Assembly: GCA_903850915.1 (NCBI GenBank)
Contig: CAINMV010000034.1
Coordinates: forward strand, 37 to 64,036
Reading direction: 5' to 3'
Length of the DNA: 64,000 nt
Source: an uncultured Bacteroidota bacterium
GTDB taxonomy: Bacteria > Bacteroidota > Bacteroidia > UKL13-3
Each line of letters begins with the position of its first letter. The stretch's first letter is position 1. The notes beneath the pieces are model-generated. The model was not told the origin of the DNA, did not search any database, and was given only the letters and a program-made list of their open reading frames with translations. Made by a program: the position numbers and the translations under genes. Of this stretch, positions 49,324 through 59,428 are shown piece by piece.

Positions 49324-50517
49324 TTAATTCCTTAATTTTCTTAATAGGGCCCCATACATTGTATCGGCATTTCGGTTGTATCCAATGAAGTATCGTTCAT
49401 GTTCTAACTCCAATCCCAGTTCTCTGATGTAGGCTACATTCTCGGCATTCTCTTGTTTGTAAACAGAGCAGGTGATATAAATTAACTGACCTCCTACTTT
49501 TAAATAACGAATTGCATTTGCAACAACACTTCTTTGAATACTCGAATATACCTCGACTTCTGCTTCTTTAAATTGATATAAACGTTCTGGATTACGACCC
49601 CATGTGCCACTACCAGAGCATGGCACATCTGCCAATATTAGATCAAAATATCCTTCCCTAACCATTTCATTATTGAATGTGAGGCCCGATCTATTTTTAA
49701 CCACATCAAAAACCTGCACTCCTTTGGGTTCTAAGCCCTTTTTCTGAAATCGTATCTTCAGGTTTTCTAAAATACTTATTCTTTTGTCGCTACAATATAA
49801 ATTCAATTCTGGATAAGCCTCCATGAGCATCAAACTCTTGCCACCAGCTCCACTACAACAATCCCAAATTCTTTCCTTTCCCTTCAGCGTGAAAAGTTCG
49901 ATTGTTTTTTGAGATGAATAATCTTGCACTTCAAAGCTTGACTCCGGCAAGAATTTGGATAAATCGAATTGCGATTCAAAGGCAAAGGAATTCCCTTCCT
50001 GCTTAAAAAGCACCTGCTGTTGATTGAGCATCACCACCACTTCGGGTACCCTTTTTTGTGGCACGCGAATAAAAAATTCGGGTTGAGAAAAATGCGACAA
50101 TAAAAACGGTTTAGAATCTAGAGCCGCATCTACATTTTCGGATGCTGGAAAATAATTTAATAACGAAACTTTGCCTGCACCTTCCAACAACTCCAACTTC
50201 TCTGATAACGAATAACTCCAATAAGATTCAAGAGGCAATGCAATATTATGAACAGCAATGAGATACTTATAAAAATCAGATGGCTCAGGAGTAGTGATAA
50301 AGCCACTATAGCATAGCTTTTCTTCAAAAGGCAATTTGTCAAACAACGTTTTACATCGAAAATATTTATAGACTACATCGCTGTAAAAGCGGCGATCACG
50401 AGAACCGAATTGCCGATGTTTCTTATAAAATTCTTTTAAGAAAAAATGCACTGGGATGTCGTCGGAATACGCTGTAAGTATTTGCCTTACAATATCCAAT
50501 TGTATGAGGGCGCGCAT
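49324..50517 (-). CDS. RsmB/NOP-family RNA m5C methyltransferase
   Basis: GSRDRR, FEVQD-x-SSQ, WDCCSGAGGKS, DVPCSGSGTW-x-RNP, YITCS, EN. ATG overlaps the upstream TAA. Confidence 0.9.
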   Translation of the reverse strand: MRALIQLDIVRQILTAYSDDIPVHFFLKEFYKKHRQFGSRDRRFYSDVVYKYFRCKTLFDKLPFEEKLCYSGFITTPEPSDFYKYLIAVHNIALPLESYWSYSLSEKLELLEGAGKVSLLNYFPASENVDAALDSKPFLLSHFSQPEFFIRVPQKRVPEVVVMLNQQQVLFKQEGNSFAFESQFDLSKFLPESSFEVQDYSSQKTIELFTLKGKERIWDCCSGAGGKSLMLMEAYPELNLYCSDKRISILENLKIRFQKKGLEPKGVQVFDVVKNRSGLTFNNEMVREGYFDLILADVPCSGSGTWGRNPERLYQFKEAEVEVYSSIQRSVVANAIRYLKVGGQLIYITCSVYKQENAENVAYIRELGLELEHERYFIGYNRNADTMYGALLRKLRN

Positions 50518-51725
50518 TAGTATTGCCTGAAAAGTTTTAAGTGGTCGTATCGCCAAACACTATGATAACCATTAAAAACACCTAAGCTTGAAGGGTCTTG
50601 ACTAAAATAGAAGCCAGAAACCTCATTTACATATTCTTTATTCATCGATTCTGTAAGCCAATCTTCACCAGAGGAAAACGCATTCAATAAAAACATGATG
50701 TCATTATATCCTTTATAGGTAAACTCCGCCGGATCTTCATTATACGACTCCATAATTTTCTTGCGCAATTGACCCGTACGCTCTTCCTCGTAATTCACAA
50801 AAAAGCGCGATAAGAATTTTACGTGTAATGAGTCCCATAATTCAAATAGGGGTATTTCCGATTCTAAAATCGCCTCCATGCAATACACTTCCGGTGATGA
50901 ATCAATGAGTTTCGCTATTTGACCCAATGCATTATTCGCATAATAGTTATTTTTAGTATTGATGAAGAAAACATAAGATTTCGATTTTTTTAGTCGATTT
51001 GCGAAATTGCTATTTTCCTTTGCAGCAATATCCAAAAGCATCACGCCAGAGGTATCGATTGCGCCTGCCAAATTTATTTTAATCAAACTATCTATTTCAC
51101 GAGATTCCTTGCCCGCTTTGCCATCTTTACTGCTATGAATAAGAACAATTTTTTTTCCTTGAGTACTGTATTCCTTTGAAAAGTAGAAGGCAAAAAAGTT
51201 AGCAAATGCGATCGAATTTTTCTGAGAAGAAATTACATTATTAAGCCTTTTAGAAGAAAAATCCTTTTCAAACGGCAAGTACATTTTCGTTTTCCGTTTC
51301 TGGATTATTGGAATTGCCATCTCCACTCCGCTTTTAAAGATGGGGCCAATGAGAACATCGAGATCTCTATATTGATAACGATTGAGAAGGCCTTCTACAA
51401 TACTACTATCGAGCTCTGTATCTTCAACATAGAGATCAACAGATACCGAATTGGTTTTCTCTAATGAGTCAATGGCGACTTTCACTCCTGCCAAATAATC
51501 GAGGCTGGATAATGCAAATGCATGTTTCAATGAATTTGTGTCGGTTCCCTCTTTAAAAAAGGGAAGGAACAAACCTACTTTAATTTTTTTTGGTTTTATT
51601 GCTTTTGGTTTTGCACCAGGAGCATATACCTCCTGGATAGGCTTCTCTTCAATTTCGATTTGAGCCAGGCATGCATCAAACACCCAAAGAGACAAGCATA
51701 AAATAAAGATGAGTTTGCGTTTCAT
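50517..51725 (-). CDS. Periplasmic binding protein type 1-fold (ABC substrate-binding-like) protein
   Basis: Signal peptide, KVGLFLPF, DYLAGVKVAIDSL, DLYVEDT, DVLIGPIF, F-x2-KGYND. Confidence 0.7.
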   Translation of the reverse strand: MKRKLIFILCLSLWVFDACLAQIEIEEKPIQEVYAPGAKPKAIKPKKIKVGLFLPFFKEGTDTNSLKHAFALSSLDYLAGVKVAIDSLEKTNSVSVDLYVEDTELDSSIVEGLLNRYQYRDLDVLIGPIFKSGVEMAIPIIQKRKTKMYLPFEKDFSSKRLNNVISSQKNSIAFANFFAFYFSKEYSTQGKKIVLIHSSKDGKAGKESREIDSLIKINLAGAIDTSGVMLLDIAAKENSNFANRLKKSKSYVFFINTKNNYYANNALGQIAKLIDSSPEVYCMEAILESEIPLFELWDSLHVKFLSRFFVNYEEERTGQLRKKIMESYNEDPAEFTYKGYNDIMFLLNAFSSGEDWLTESMNKEYVNEVSGFYFSQDPSSLGVFNGYHSVWRYDHLKLFRQY

Positions 51726-51749
51726 AGTTTGGTTACTAACAATTAACAA

Positions 51750-53288
51750 TTACTCCCACTCGATGGTAGCCGGAGGCTTTGAACTAATATCATAAACCAC
51801 TCGGTTAACTCCTTTTACCTTATTAATAATCTCACTGCTAATTTTTGCTAACAGTTCATAAGGCAAATGTACCCAATCGGCAGTCATTCCGTCGCTGCTA
51901 TGCACGGCGCGCAATGCAAGAACATTTTCATAGGTACGTTCGTCGCCCATTACGCCAACACTTTTAATTGGAGTTAAAATGGCTCCCGCTTGCCAAATTT
52001 TATCATACCATCCACTCTCCAATAAATTTTCCATATAAATAGCATCGGCCTCTTGTAATATTTTCACTTTCGCTTCGGTTATATCTCCCAAAATACGAAC
52101 GCCAAAGCCAGGCCCCGGAAATGGATGTCGTTTTAGCAATCCATTATTTATTCCCATCGCCTTTCCAACCTTCCTCACTTCATCTTTAAAAAGCAATCGA
52201 AGTGGCTCCACGATCTTCATGTTCATCTTCTCTGGTAATCCTCCTACATTATGGTGAGATTTGATGGTGGCGCTTGGTCCATTTACAGAAACCGATTCTA
52301 TCACATCAGGATAAATTGTACCTTGACCTAGCCATTTAATATCAACCAATTTCTTCGCTTCCTCGTCAAATATTTCGATAAATGTCCGTCCAATTATTTT
52401 CCGCTTCTGCTCTGGATCAGTTACTCCTTTTAATGCATCATAAAATTTCTGTTTCGCGTCTATCGCCTTTATATTCAAGCCCAAATGTTTGTAGTTTTCA
52501 ATCACCTCCTCCATCTCATTCTTACGCATTAAGCCGTTGTCCACAACAATGCAATGTAACTGTTTTCCAATAGCATGATGAAGCAATACAGCAGCAACGG
52601 TGCTATCTACACCACCACTTAATGCCATCACTACATTATCTGAATTTAATTTTGATTTAAGGTCCGCTATTGTTTCATTAATGAAATGCTCGGGGGTAAA
52701 ATCGGGAGTACATCCACAAATATTAAAAACGAAATTTTCAAGAAGTAAACTGCCTTCTTTGCTGTGCGTAACTTCCGGATGGAATTGTATGCCGTAGGTA
52801 TCTTCGTTATTGATTTTAAAGGCTGCTACTGGAATAGAATCTGAAGAAGCTAAAAGTTCAAAAGTATTGGGAATAGCAGCAATAGTATCTGCGTGGCTCA
52901 TCCAAACTTCAGATGGGTTGCTAATGCCTTTAAACAAGGCACTTGGGGCTTCAGTCTTAATCTGCGCTCTTCCATATTCCCTTAAATTTGAAGGTGCCAC
53001 ATGGCCGCCTTCTGTTTGAGCGAGCAGCTGTGCGCCATAGCATATGCCGAGCAAGGGTTTTATTCCTTTTATTGCCAACAAATCTGGCTTAGGCGCCCCC
53101 TCCTGCCGCACAGAAAAAGGGCTACCTGAAAGTATTACACCCTTGATATTAAAATCAGAAAAATCCGTGGTGCTGATTTTATTCCAGGGTAAAATTTCAC
53201 AATACACCTGCATTTCGCGAACCCTGCGGGCGATCAATTGTGTATATTGCGAACCGAAATCGAAGATAAGAATGCTGCTAGACGCCAT
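51750..53288 (-). CDS. guaA: GMP synthase (glutamine-hydrolysing)
   Basis: [56 protein letters not shown]. Confidence 0.98.
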   Translation of the reverse strand: MASSSILIFDFGSQYTQLIARRVREMQVYCEILPWNKISTTDFSDFNIKGVILSGSPFSVRQEGAPKPDLLAIKGIKPLLGICYGAQLLAQTEGGHVAPSNLREYGRAQIKTEAPSALFKGISNPSEVWMSHADTIAAIPNTFELLASSDSIPVAAFKINNEDTYGIQFHPEVTHSKEGSLLLENFVFNICGCTPDFTPEHFINETIADLKSKLNSDNVVMALSGGVDSTVAAVLLHHAIGKQLHCIVVDNGLMRKNEMEEVIENYKHLGLNIKAIDAKQKFYDALKGVTDPEQKRKIIGRTFIEIFDEEAKKLVDIKWLGQGTIYPDVIESVSVNGPSATIKSHHNVGGLPEKMNMKIVEPLRLLFKDEVRKVGKAMGINNGLLKRHPFPGPGFGVRILGDITEAKVKILQEADAIYMENLLESGWYDKIWQAGAILTPIKSVGVMGDERTYENVLALRAVHSSDGMTADWVHLPYELLAKISSEIINKVKGVNRVVYDISSKPPATIEWE

Positions 53289-53350
53289 AATATATTAAAA
53301 CGCGAAATTAGAAAATAAAAAACACCTGCCGTTTAATTTTTGTTATTACT

Positions 53351-54394
53351 ATGCACATTATTGAAATTGACACCCTCTTGGCACAAAAAAACTCCATTTG
53401 CGTGGTTGATGTGCGTTCGGAAGGAGAATTTAATCAAGGGCATATTGAAGGTGCAATTAATATCCCTTTGCTTAACAATGAAGAACGTGTAAAAGTTGGC
53501 ACTACTTACAAAGAAAAAGGCAATGAAGCGGCTGTATTACTTGGCTATGAGCTCGTTGGAAGTAAGTTTAGTGCCATAATACACAGCATTAAACTTGCCG
53601 CGCCATCCAAGCACGTAATTGTTCATTGTTGGCGAGGCGGCCTTAGAAGCCGGATTGTTTGTCAATTGCTTGAAAACGCAGGATTCCAGGTATCTCAATT
53701 GAAAGGAGGCTATAAATCTTATCGCCATTGGGTGCTTCAACTGCTATCCGTTGAACTTCCATTGCATGTTATTGGCGGCCTTACGGGAAGTGGGAAAACG
53801 GCTCTTCTTCATGAGTTACATCAAAAAGGAGAACAAATTATTGATCTAGAAGGACTTGCAAGCCACAAGGGATCGACGTTTGGGGGGATAGGGCAGGCTC
53901 CACAACCTACACAAGAGCATTTTGAAAATAAATTGGCCGAAGTTGTAAAGAAACTTGATTTATCCAAACGCATTTGGATTGAAGATGAGAGCCGGATGAT
54001 AGGCACCATTGCACTTCCATTGAAACTTTGGGAATGCCTTCGCTACAATATACTTTACGAGCTTAACGTTCACTTCGAATATAGGTTGCAGCGCATTATT
54101 GTTGAATATTGCAGCCTGCCAAAAAACATACTTGAAGAAAAAACATCGTTGCTACGCAAACGCCTCGGCGATCTTCGATTGAAAGAAGTTTTAATATTTT
54201 TACAAGAAGGCAACATGCACGCTTGGGCTGAGGCTTTGCTTGTTTATTATGATAAAAGCTATCATTACGGCCAAAGTAAACGGGATTCTCGCAAAAGGGT
54301 AAAACTCGACTTTCGAGGCTCACCATCTGCCTCAATATTTTTAACGCAAGCAGAACAATTACAGATCTCGATAGATCAGGTAATGGATACGTAA
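53351..54394 (+). CDS. mnmH: tRNA 2-selenouridine/geranyl synthase MnmH (SelU)
   Basis: Rhodanese domain DVRS-x2-EF-x2-GHI, HCWRGGLRS, GGYKSYR, P-loop GLTGSGKT, DLEGLASHKGS, EDES. Confidence 0.93.
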   Translation: MHIIEIDTLLAQKNSICVVDVRSEGEFNQGHIEGAINIPLLNNEERVKVGTTYKEKGNEAAVLLGYELVGSKFSAIIHSIKLAAPSKHVIVHCWRGGLRSRIVCQLLENAGFQVSQLKGGYKSYRHWVLQLLSVELPLHVIGGLTGSGKTALLHELHQKGEQIIDLEGLASHKGSTFGGIGQAPQPTQEHFENKLAEVVKKLDLSKRIWIEDESRMIGTIALPLKLWECLRYNILYELNVHFEYRLQRIIVEYCSLPKNILEEKTSLLRKRLGDLRLKEVLIFLQEGNMHAWAEALLVYYDKSYHYGQSKRDSRKRVKLDFRGSPSASIFLTQAEQLQISIDQVMDT

Positions 54395-54541
54395 TCGATA
54401 AATTGTGGCTTTTGATTAAATTGAGACAGAATAAATTGTCATAAATTAATAGGATAGACAAAAAATCAGACTTTTTTCAGTAATTTTACAAAAGATTGTA
54501 AAAAAATTGTTTACTTGCAACCTTAAGATTATCTGAATATC

Positions 54542-55363
54542 ATGAAAAGCACTTTACTTATTGCCTTAACCTTTGTTTCCTTTATTGCGAGAGCACAGTA
54601 TTATGGTTTCGCTAATTCCGGTTTGGAAAACTGGACAAACAACACAACACTTTCCGATTGGACCTTAGGTGGTGGTAGTATCACTAAGGTGCAACATGTA
54701 AAAGACGGAGCATTTGGTGGTGCGTTGAAAAATGAAGCGGCATCTGCTGGTAAGTTGTCTGTTGCTTTTCCATTTACAGCAAGAGTTACAAGAGCCTTCT
54801 TCGATTATAAATTTGCCTTAGGTAGCGCAACTGCCGCAGATACGTGTTTGGTTGATATTGTATTAACTAAATGGAACACAAGCACAAGTTCACGTGAAGT
54901 GATAGCGCGTATCATAAGAACAGGAACAATCACTGATTTCTCATGGCAAACATTCAGCTATCCGTTCACCTATTTCAGCCCTGCAGCCCCAGACAGCTGT
55001 TTTATTGTGGCAAGTTCCTCAATCAATAGCGGATATAACGTAAACACCGTTTTGAATATCGATAACTTTGCATTTCAGGCACCTTCAGGTATTGCAACTA
55101 CTGCTGCAAAAAGCATAACAAGCATCTATCCTAACCCTGTTAAATCAAATGCAACCATCACTTATGATTTAAAGAAAGATTCAAAAGTTACTATCAATAT
55201 CAGCGACATAACTGGTAAAGTTGTTGCTTCATACAACATGGAGAAATCAACTGGAACACAACAAGAACAAATCAACTTCGAATCGTTCAAGTCGGGAATT
55301 TACTTCTATGAAATAAAAACTGCTGACGACGTTAGAACAGGAAAGTTCACCATAAGTAAATAA
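54542..55363 (+). CDS. Small T9SS-secreted protein (carbohydrate-binding/jelly-roll-like domain plus CTD)
   Basis: Signal peptide, NSGLENW...IDNF beta-sandwich, SIYPNP...DITGK...SGIYFYEI...KFTISK. Confidence 0.82.
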   Translation: MKSTLLIALTFVSFIARAQYYGFANSGLENWTNNTTLSDWTLGGGSITKVQHVKDGAFGGALKNEAASAGKLSVAFPFTARVTRAFFDYKFALGSATAADTCLVDIVLTKWNTSTSSREVIARIIRTGTITDFSWQTFSYPFTYFSPAAPDSCFIVASSSINSGYNVNTVLNIDNFAFQAPSGIATTAAKSITSIYPNPVKSNATITYDLKKDSKVTINISDITGKVVASYNMEKSTGTQQEQINFESFKSGIYFYEIKTADDVRTGKFTISK

Positions 55364-55383
55364 TTTCCTAAAACAACATATTC

Positions 55384-55420
55384 AACCTCGTAACAGATTT
55401 TTGTTGCGAGGTTTTTTTTT
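55384..55420 (+). terminator. Intrinsic terminator
   Basis: AACCTCGTAACA-GATTTT-TGTTGCGAGGTTTTTTTTT. Confidence 0.8.
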
Positions 55421-55427
55421 ATCACTC

Positions 55428-56423
55428 ATGAAGATAGACATCCATGCTCACATTTTGCCAGAAACATGGCCCGATTTAAAACAACGTTATGGGTACGGTG
55501 GTTTTGTATATATGGATCATCATAAAACTGGCAGTGCTCGAATGATGAAGGACGATGGACGTTTTTTTCGCGAGGTTCAAGAAAACTGTTGGAATCCTGA
55601 GCTGATTTACGAAGACATGCAACAACATCATGTCGATAAAATGGTGCTATGCACCGTGCCTGTGCTTTTTAATTATTGGGCCAAACCAGAAGATGGCCTC
55701 GATTGGTGTCGATTTTTAAACGATCATATTGCCAATGTACAAAATAGGCAGCCCGACCGTTTTGTTGCCTTAGGAACACTTCCAATGCAGGATATAGAAC
55801 GTAGCATCTTAGAAATGCGCCGTTGCAAGGAGCAGCTTGGCATCCGAGGATTTGAAATCGGCAGCCATGTCGAAAATAAAAATCTCGACGACAAAAGTTT
55901 CTTCCCGCTTTGGGAAGCCGCAGAAGCCTTAGATGTAGCTATATTTGTTCATCCATGGGATATGATGGGGCAAGAAAGGATGCCTTCATTTTTCCTACCT
56001 TGGCTTGTTGGTATGCCTGCCGAAACAAGCCTTGCCATTTGCAGTATGATTTTTGGTGGTGTATTTGATGCATTTCCAAAGTTACGTGTGATGTTTGCCC
56101 ATGGTGGTGGGTCGTTCCCATTTACCGTTGGACGAATTAGCCATGGCTGGCATGCTCGCCCTGACCTTTGCAATATCAACGAAATTAAAGACCCTAAATC
56201 CTATATAGGTAAATTTTGGATTGACGGCATAACGCATGATGATGAGGCGCTTAAGTTTTTATTGCATCTTTTTGGTGCAGACAAAATCGCCTATGGCACT
56301 GATTACCCTTTCCCTCTAGGCGATTTAGAACATGGCAAATTCATAGAACAAATGCCCGAGCTCTCCTCAGAAATTAAGGAGCAACTGCTATCAAAAACCG
56401 CTATTGAATTCTTGAAATTATAA
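55428..56423 (+). CDS. 2-amino-3-carboxymuconate-6-semialdehyde decarboxylase (ACMSD)-like amidohydrolase
   Basis: IDIHAHILP, LGTLPMQ, IGSH, FVHPWDM, WLVGMPAET, AHGGGSFP, GTDYPFPLG. Confidence 0.88.
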   Translation: MKIDIHAHILPETWPDLKQRYGYGGFVYMDHHKTGSARMMKDDGRFFREVQENCWNPELIYEDMQQHHVDKMVLCTVPVLFNYWAKPEDGLDWCRFLNDHIANVQNRQPDRFVALGTLPMQDIERSILEMRRCKEQLGIRGFEIGSHVENKNLDDKSFFPLWEAAEALDVAIFVHPWDMMGQERMPSFFLPWLVGMPAETSLAICSMIFGGVFDAFPKLRVMFAHGGGSFPFTVGRISHGWHARPDLCNINEIKDPKSYIGKFWIDGITHDDEALKFLLHLFGADKIAYGTDYPFPLGDLEHGKFIEQMPELSSEIKEQLLSKTAIEFLKL

Positions 56424-56425
56424 GG

Positions 56426-57094
56426 TTAATTCCAACTCACCCTTGGCATCCAGCCAGCAAAAGTCATCACCATCGTTTGCTTGGAATTAATCCAAAAGGG
56501 ATGCTTTTGTGGAGTGAACTTTCGTGGGTTTGGAAAACAAGATACAATCATTGAAGCTTCGCTTAGGCTTAACTTTGAGGCTGGTTTTTTATAATAATTT
56601 AATGCTGCCGACTCAATACCGTAAATACCATCTCCCATCTCGATGATATTTAAATAAACCTCCATTATTCTTCTTTTATTCCAAAATGCCTCCAGCTCAA
56701 CGGTAAAATAGGTTTCAAATATTTTTCGCACCCAGCTGCGCACTGGCAAAAGGAATAGATTCTTAGCACACTGCTGGCTAATACCACTTCCTCCACGCAA
56801 TTGCTTCTTATATTTTTTACTATCATTGTAGGCCTTCTTTATGGCATCAAAATCAAAACCATGATGCTTTAGAAAATTAGGATCTTCTGAAGCCATTGCA
56901 GAATAATACACATTAGGATTAATGTTTTTTATAGGTTCCCAATCGTGTGAAGGAAGTTTTAAACGATAAATCATAATAGGCGTAATCTTGACTGGCACAA
57001 TCCGATACAGAAGCACTAGGATTAACGTGGATAAAAATATAAAAGTAGCGATATTTAGAGCCCAACGTACAAATATTTTAAAAAATTCCTTCAT
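56426..57094 (-). CDS. mtgA: Monofunctional biosynthetic peptidoglycan transglycosylase
   Basis: ASED-x2-F-x2-HHGFD, RGGSGISQQCAKNLFL, RK-x2-E, KRRIMEVYLN, GIYG. Confidence 0.93.
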   Translation of the reverse strand: MKEFFKIFVRWALNIATFIFLSTLILVLLYRIVPVKITPIMIYRLKLPSHDWEPIKNINPNVYYSAMASEDPNFLKHHGFDFDAIKKAYNDSKKYKKQLRGGSGISQQCAKNLFLLPVRSWVRKIFETYFTVELEAFWNKRRIMEVYLNIIEMGDGIYGIESAALNYYKKPASKLSLSEASMIVSCFPNPRKFTPQKHPFWINSKQTMVMTFAGWMPRVSWN

Positions 57095-57098
57095 AATA

Positions 57099-59351
57099 TT
57101 AAAGCACTACAATATATTGAATCATAAAATAGCGTGGAGCTCCCAAATTTGCAGGTGCGTACATATATTCATGATTGGTGACATTTTTAAGAATAAACGC
57201 GAATGTAGAATTGTATTTCTTAATTTTATAGGATACCCTCAAATCAAAAATTAAATCACCATTGGCATGCAGTTCACGGTAACGCTTTACGCCTTTAATA
57301 AAATAATCTTGATTAAAAATATCATCGATATTGGTCATAAAACTATTGTAACGTACTGTTGCTCCAAAGGAAAGACTACGATACTCAAAATCGGCATTGA
57401 AGCGCACCAGATGGTTGTTCCGGTACTTAAGAAATCTGTCCGAAGGATTGATTGCATTTAGCGAATCTAGGTTTAATGGATTGATATAAGTATATCCTCC
57501 TGTTAAGGCAACCTTAGTTGCGCCTATTTTACCTTCAGCAGCCAATGAAGCTTCGACCCCACTTATCCTTGCATTGGTATAGTTTAGTGCCTTAAAACCC
57601 AAGTAAGGCAATGGGTTACCAAAATATCCTGGATAGGGAGGATAAATATTAAAAATAAATTCTATCATATTTGAGTAACGCGTTCTAAAAGCCGCAACAT
57701 CCGCCATACCTTTAAACTTACCAAACATAAACCCTTGTTTTAAAGCAATTTCAGCACCCCAACCACTTTCGGGTTGCAAGTTACTGTTCGGGAAAATATT
57801 TAGTGACCCCGATGAAGTGCTCGCATACAGCTCAGCAATTGAAGGCATTCTATAACCCTCACCCACACTAGCACGTATGTATGTCGCTTTAAAAACATGC
57901 CAATTTAAACCAGCACGGAGCACCTTAATAAAACGCCTTTCGAGTGTATCCACTCTAAAATATTCTGCTCGTGTTCCAACACTAAATAGCACTTTTTTGA
58001 GTTTGTAGTCAATTTGCAAATAGCTAGCCGCATTATCGGATGTTTTGTTTCCATAAATAGAGTCACTATGAATAGCAGAATAAGAATTTGAAGCTCCTAA
58101 TATTAGCTTCAATTCATTACCAATAGTATCGCCAAAGGCTTTTTGATATTGGTATTCATTGTAAATAAAACTCGCCCGATAATCATTCTTTCTGGAATCT
58201 ATTCCTTCATTGTCATTATAATAATATCTATTACGAAATGAATGGCGATGGCCTTTTGGTGTTGTGTAGGTTAGGAATGGGTCAACAGAAAAACGAGTAT
58301 TGTATTGCCTTGTAATTGTCCCCTCTCTCGGAATTGATGGATTACTATCGCTTAGCCAAATTAAAAAATTCTGGGTGTGTTGTTTGTAAAAATTAATATT
58401 TACGCCACCCAATAACCCTTGCACCTTTTTAAAATGGTATCTATAGTTAGTTGTGATTCGCCCATACGATGTATTCTCATCTTTTCGATATTGATTGTCG
58501 AGTACCAAGGCTCCCGACATGGTGAGATCGTGGTTACCAATTTTACGACTATGATTAAGATATAAACCATGATTGAAAATTGGAGAGGTATTAAAATTAT
58601 AATATAGCTTGGCGTAATTGTCATACATCCCTGTAAAAACGCGAATTTTTGTTTCCGGCTTTTCTTTGGGCGAAGCTGTCCGAATATTAATGACGCCGCC
58701 TAAAGCACTACTGCCGAAAAGTGCTGATGAGGCCCCTTTAATTACTTCCACCTGTTGAATATTTTCGGTAGGAAGGAAATCCCATTTTATATCTCCAGCT
58801 TCCGGGCTAAGAATAGGAAGATCGTCGATGAGCATCAGCACACGGCTTCCTGCGCCGTAACTAAAGCCACTGCCACCTCGAATATTCACTTGTCCCTTTA
58901 CCACATTCACACCTGAAACCTGCTCCACTGCCGTTTGCATGTTAATATTTCCAGAGGCTTCTACCAGTTTAGGCTTCAGGGTCTCTAATGAGCTTGTTAC
59001 CTCGGAGATCTTTTGTTCGAATTTTGATGCTGTAACCACCACCTCATCCAAATTACTATTTCCAATTTCCATCATCACATACACAAAAATGGCGTTGCTC
59101 CCATCTGCAATAGCCTTTGTAAGTGTTTCATAGCCTAACCTTTTAAACACAAGTGTATTTGGTCGAAAGGAGAGACTCATTTCGAATGTTCCTGCCGAAT
59201 CGGTTATCGCACTTCTGTTTCCAGCGGTTACAATAACACTTTGCAGCGGAAGCTTGGTAATTTCTTCTGTGACTTTGCCTTGCACGGTAGTTGTTTGCGC
59301 AACAGACACGTGCATTAAAAAACACAAAAAAACAAAGAGATATTTTCGCAT
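57099..59351 (-). CDS. TonB-dependent receptor with N-terminal CarboxypepD_reg-like domain
   Basis: GKV...LGYE, LDEVVVTASKFEQ, IRGGSGFSYGAGSRV, VEVIKGASSALFGSSALGGVINI, L-x-PE-x-GW, beta-barrel. Confidence 0.9.
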   Translation of the reverse strand: MRKYLFVFLCFLMHVSVAQTTTVQGKVTEEITKLPLQSVIVTAGNRSAITDSAGTFEMSLSFRPNTLVFKRLGYETLTKAIADGSNAIFVYVMMEIGNSNLDEVVVTASKFEQKISEVTSSLETLKPKLVEASGNINMQTAVEQVSGVNVVKGQVNIRGGSGFSYGAGSRVLMLIDDLPILSPEAGDIKWDFLPTENIQQVEVIKGASSALFGSSALGGVINIRTASPKEKPETKIRVFTGMYDNYAKLYYNFNTSPIFNHGLYLNHSRKIGNHDLTMSGALVLDNQYRKDENTSYGRITTNYRYHFKKVQGLLGGVNINFYKQHTQNFLIWLSDSNPSIPREGTITRQYNTRFSVDPFLTYTTPKGHRHSFRNRYYYNDNEGIDSRKNDYRASFIYNEYQYQKAFGDTIGNELKLILGASNSYSAIHSDSIYGNKTSDNAASYLQIDYKLKKVLFSVGTRAEYFRVDTLERRFIKVLRAGLNWHVFKATYIRASVGEGYRMPSIAELYASTSSGSLNIFPNSNLQPESGWGAEIALKQGFMFGKFKGMADVAAFRTRYSNMIEFIFNIYPPYPGYFGNPLPYLGFKALNYTNARISGVEASLAAEGKIGATKVALTGGYTYINPLNLDSLNAINPSDRFLKYRNNHLVRFNADFEYRSLSFGATVRYNSFMTNIDDIFNQDYFIKGVKRYRELHANGDLIFDLRVSYKIKKYNSTFAFILKNVTNHEYMYAPANLGAPRYFMIQYIVVL

Positions 59352-59428
59352 CGTGTTTAGTGAAATTTATTTTAAAAGAGTCAAAACTAAAGATATTTTT
59401 GCTATTGAAAAATAAAATAAAAATTTCG

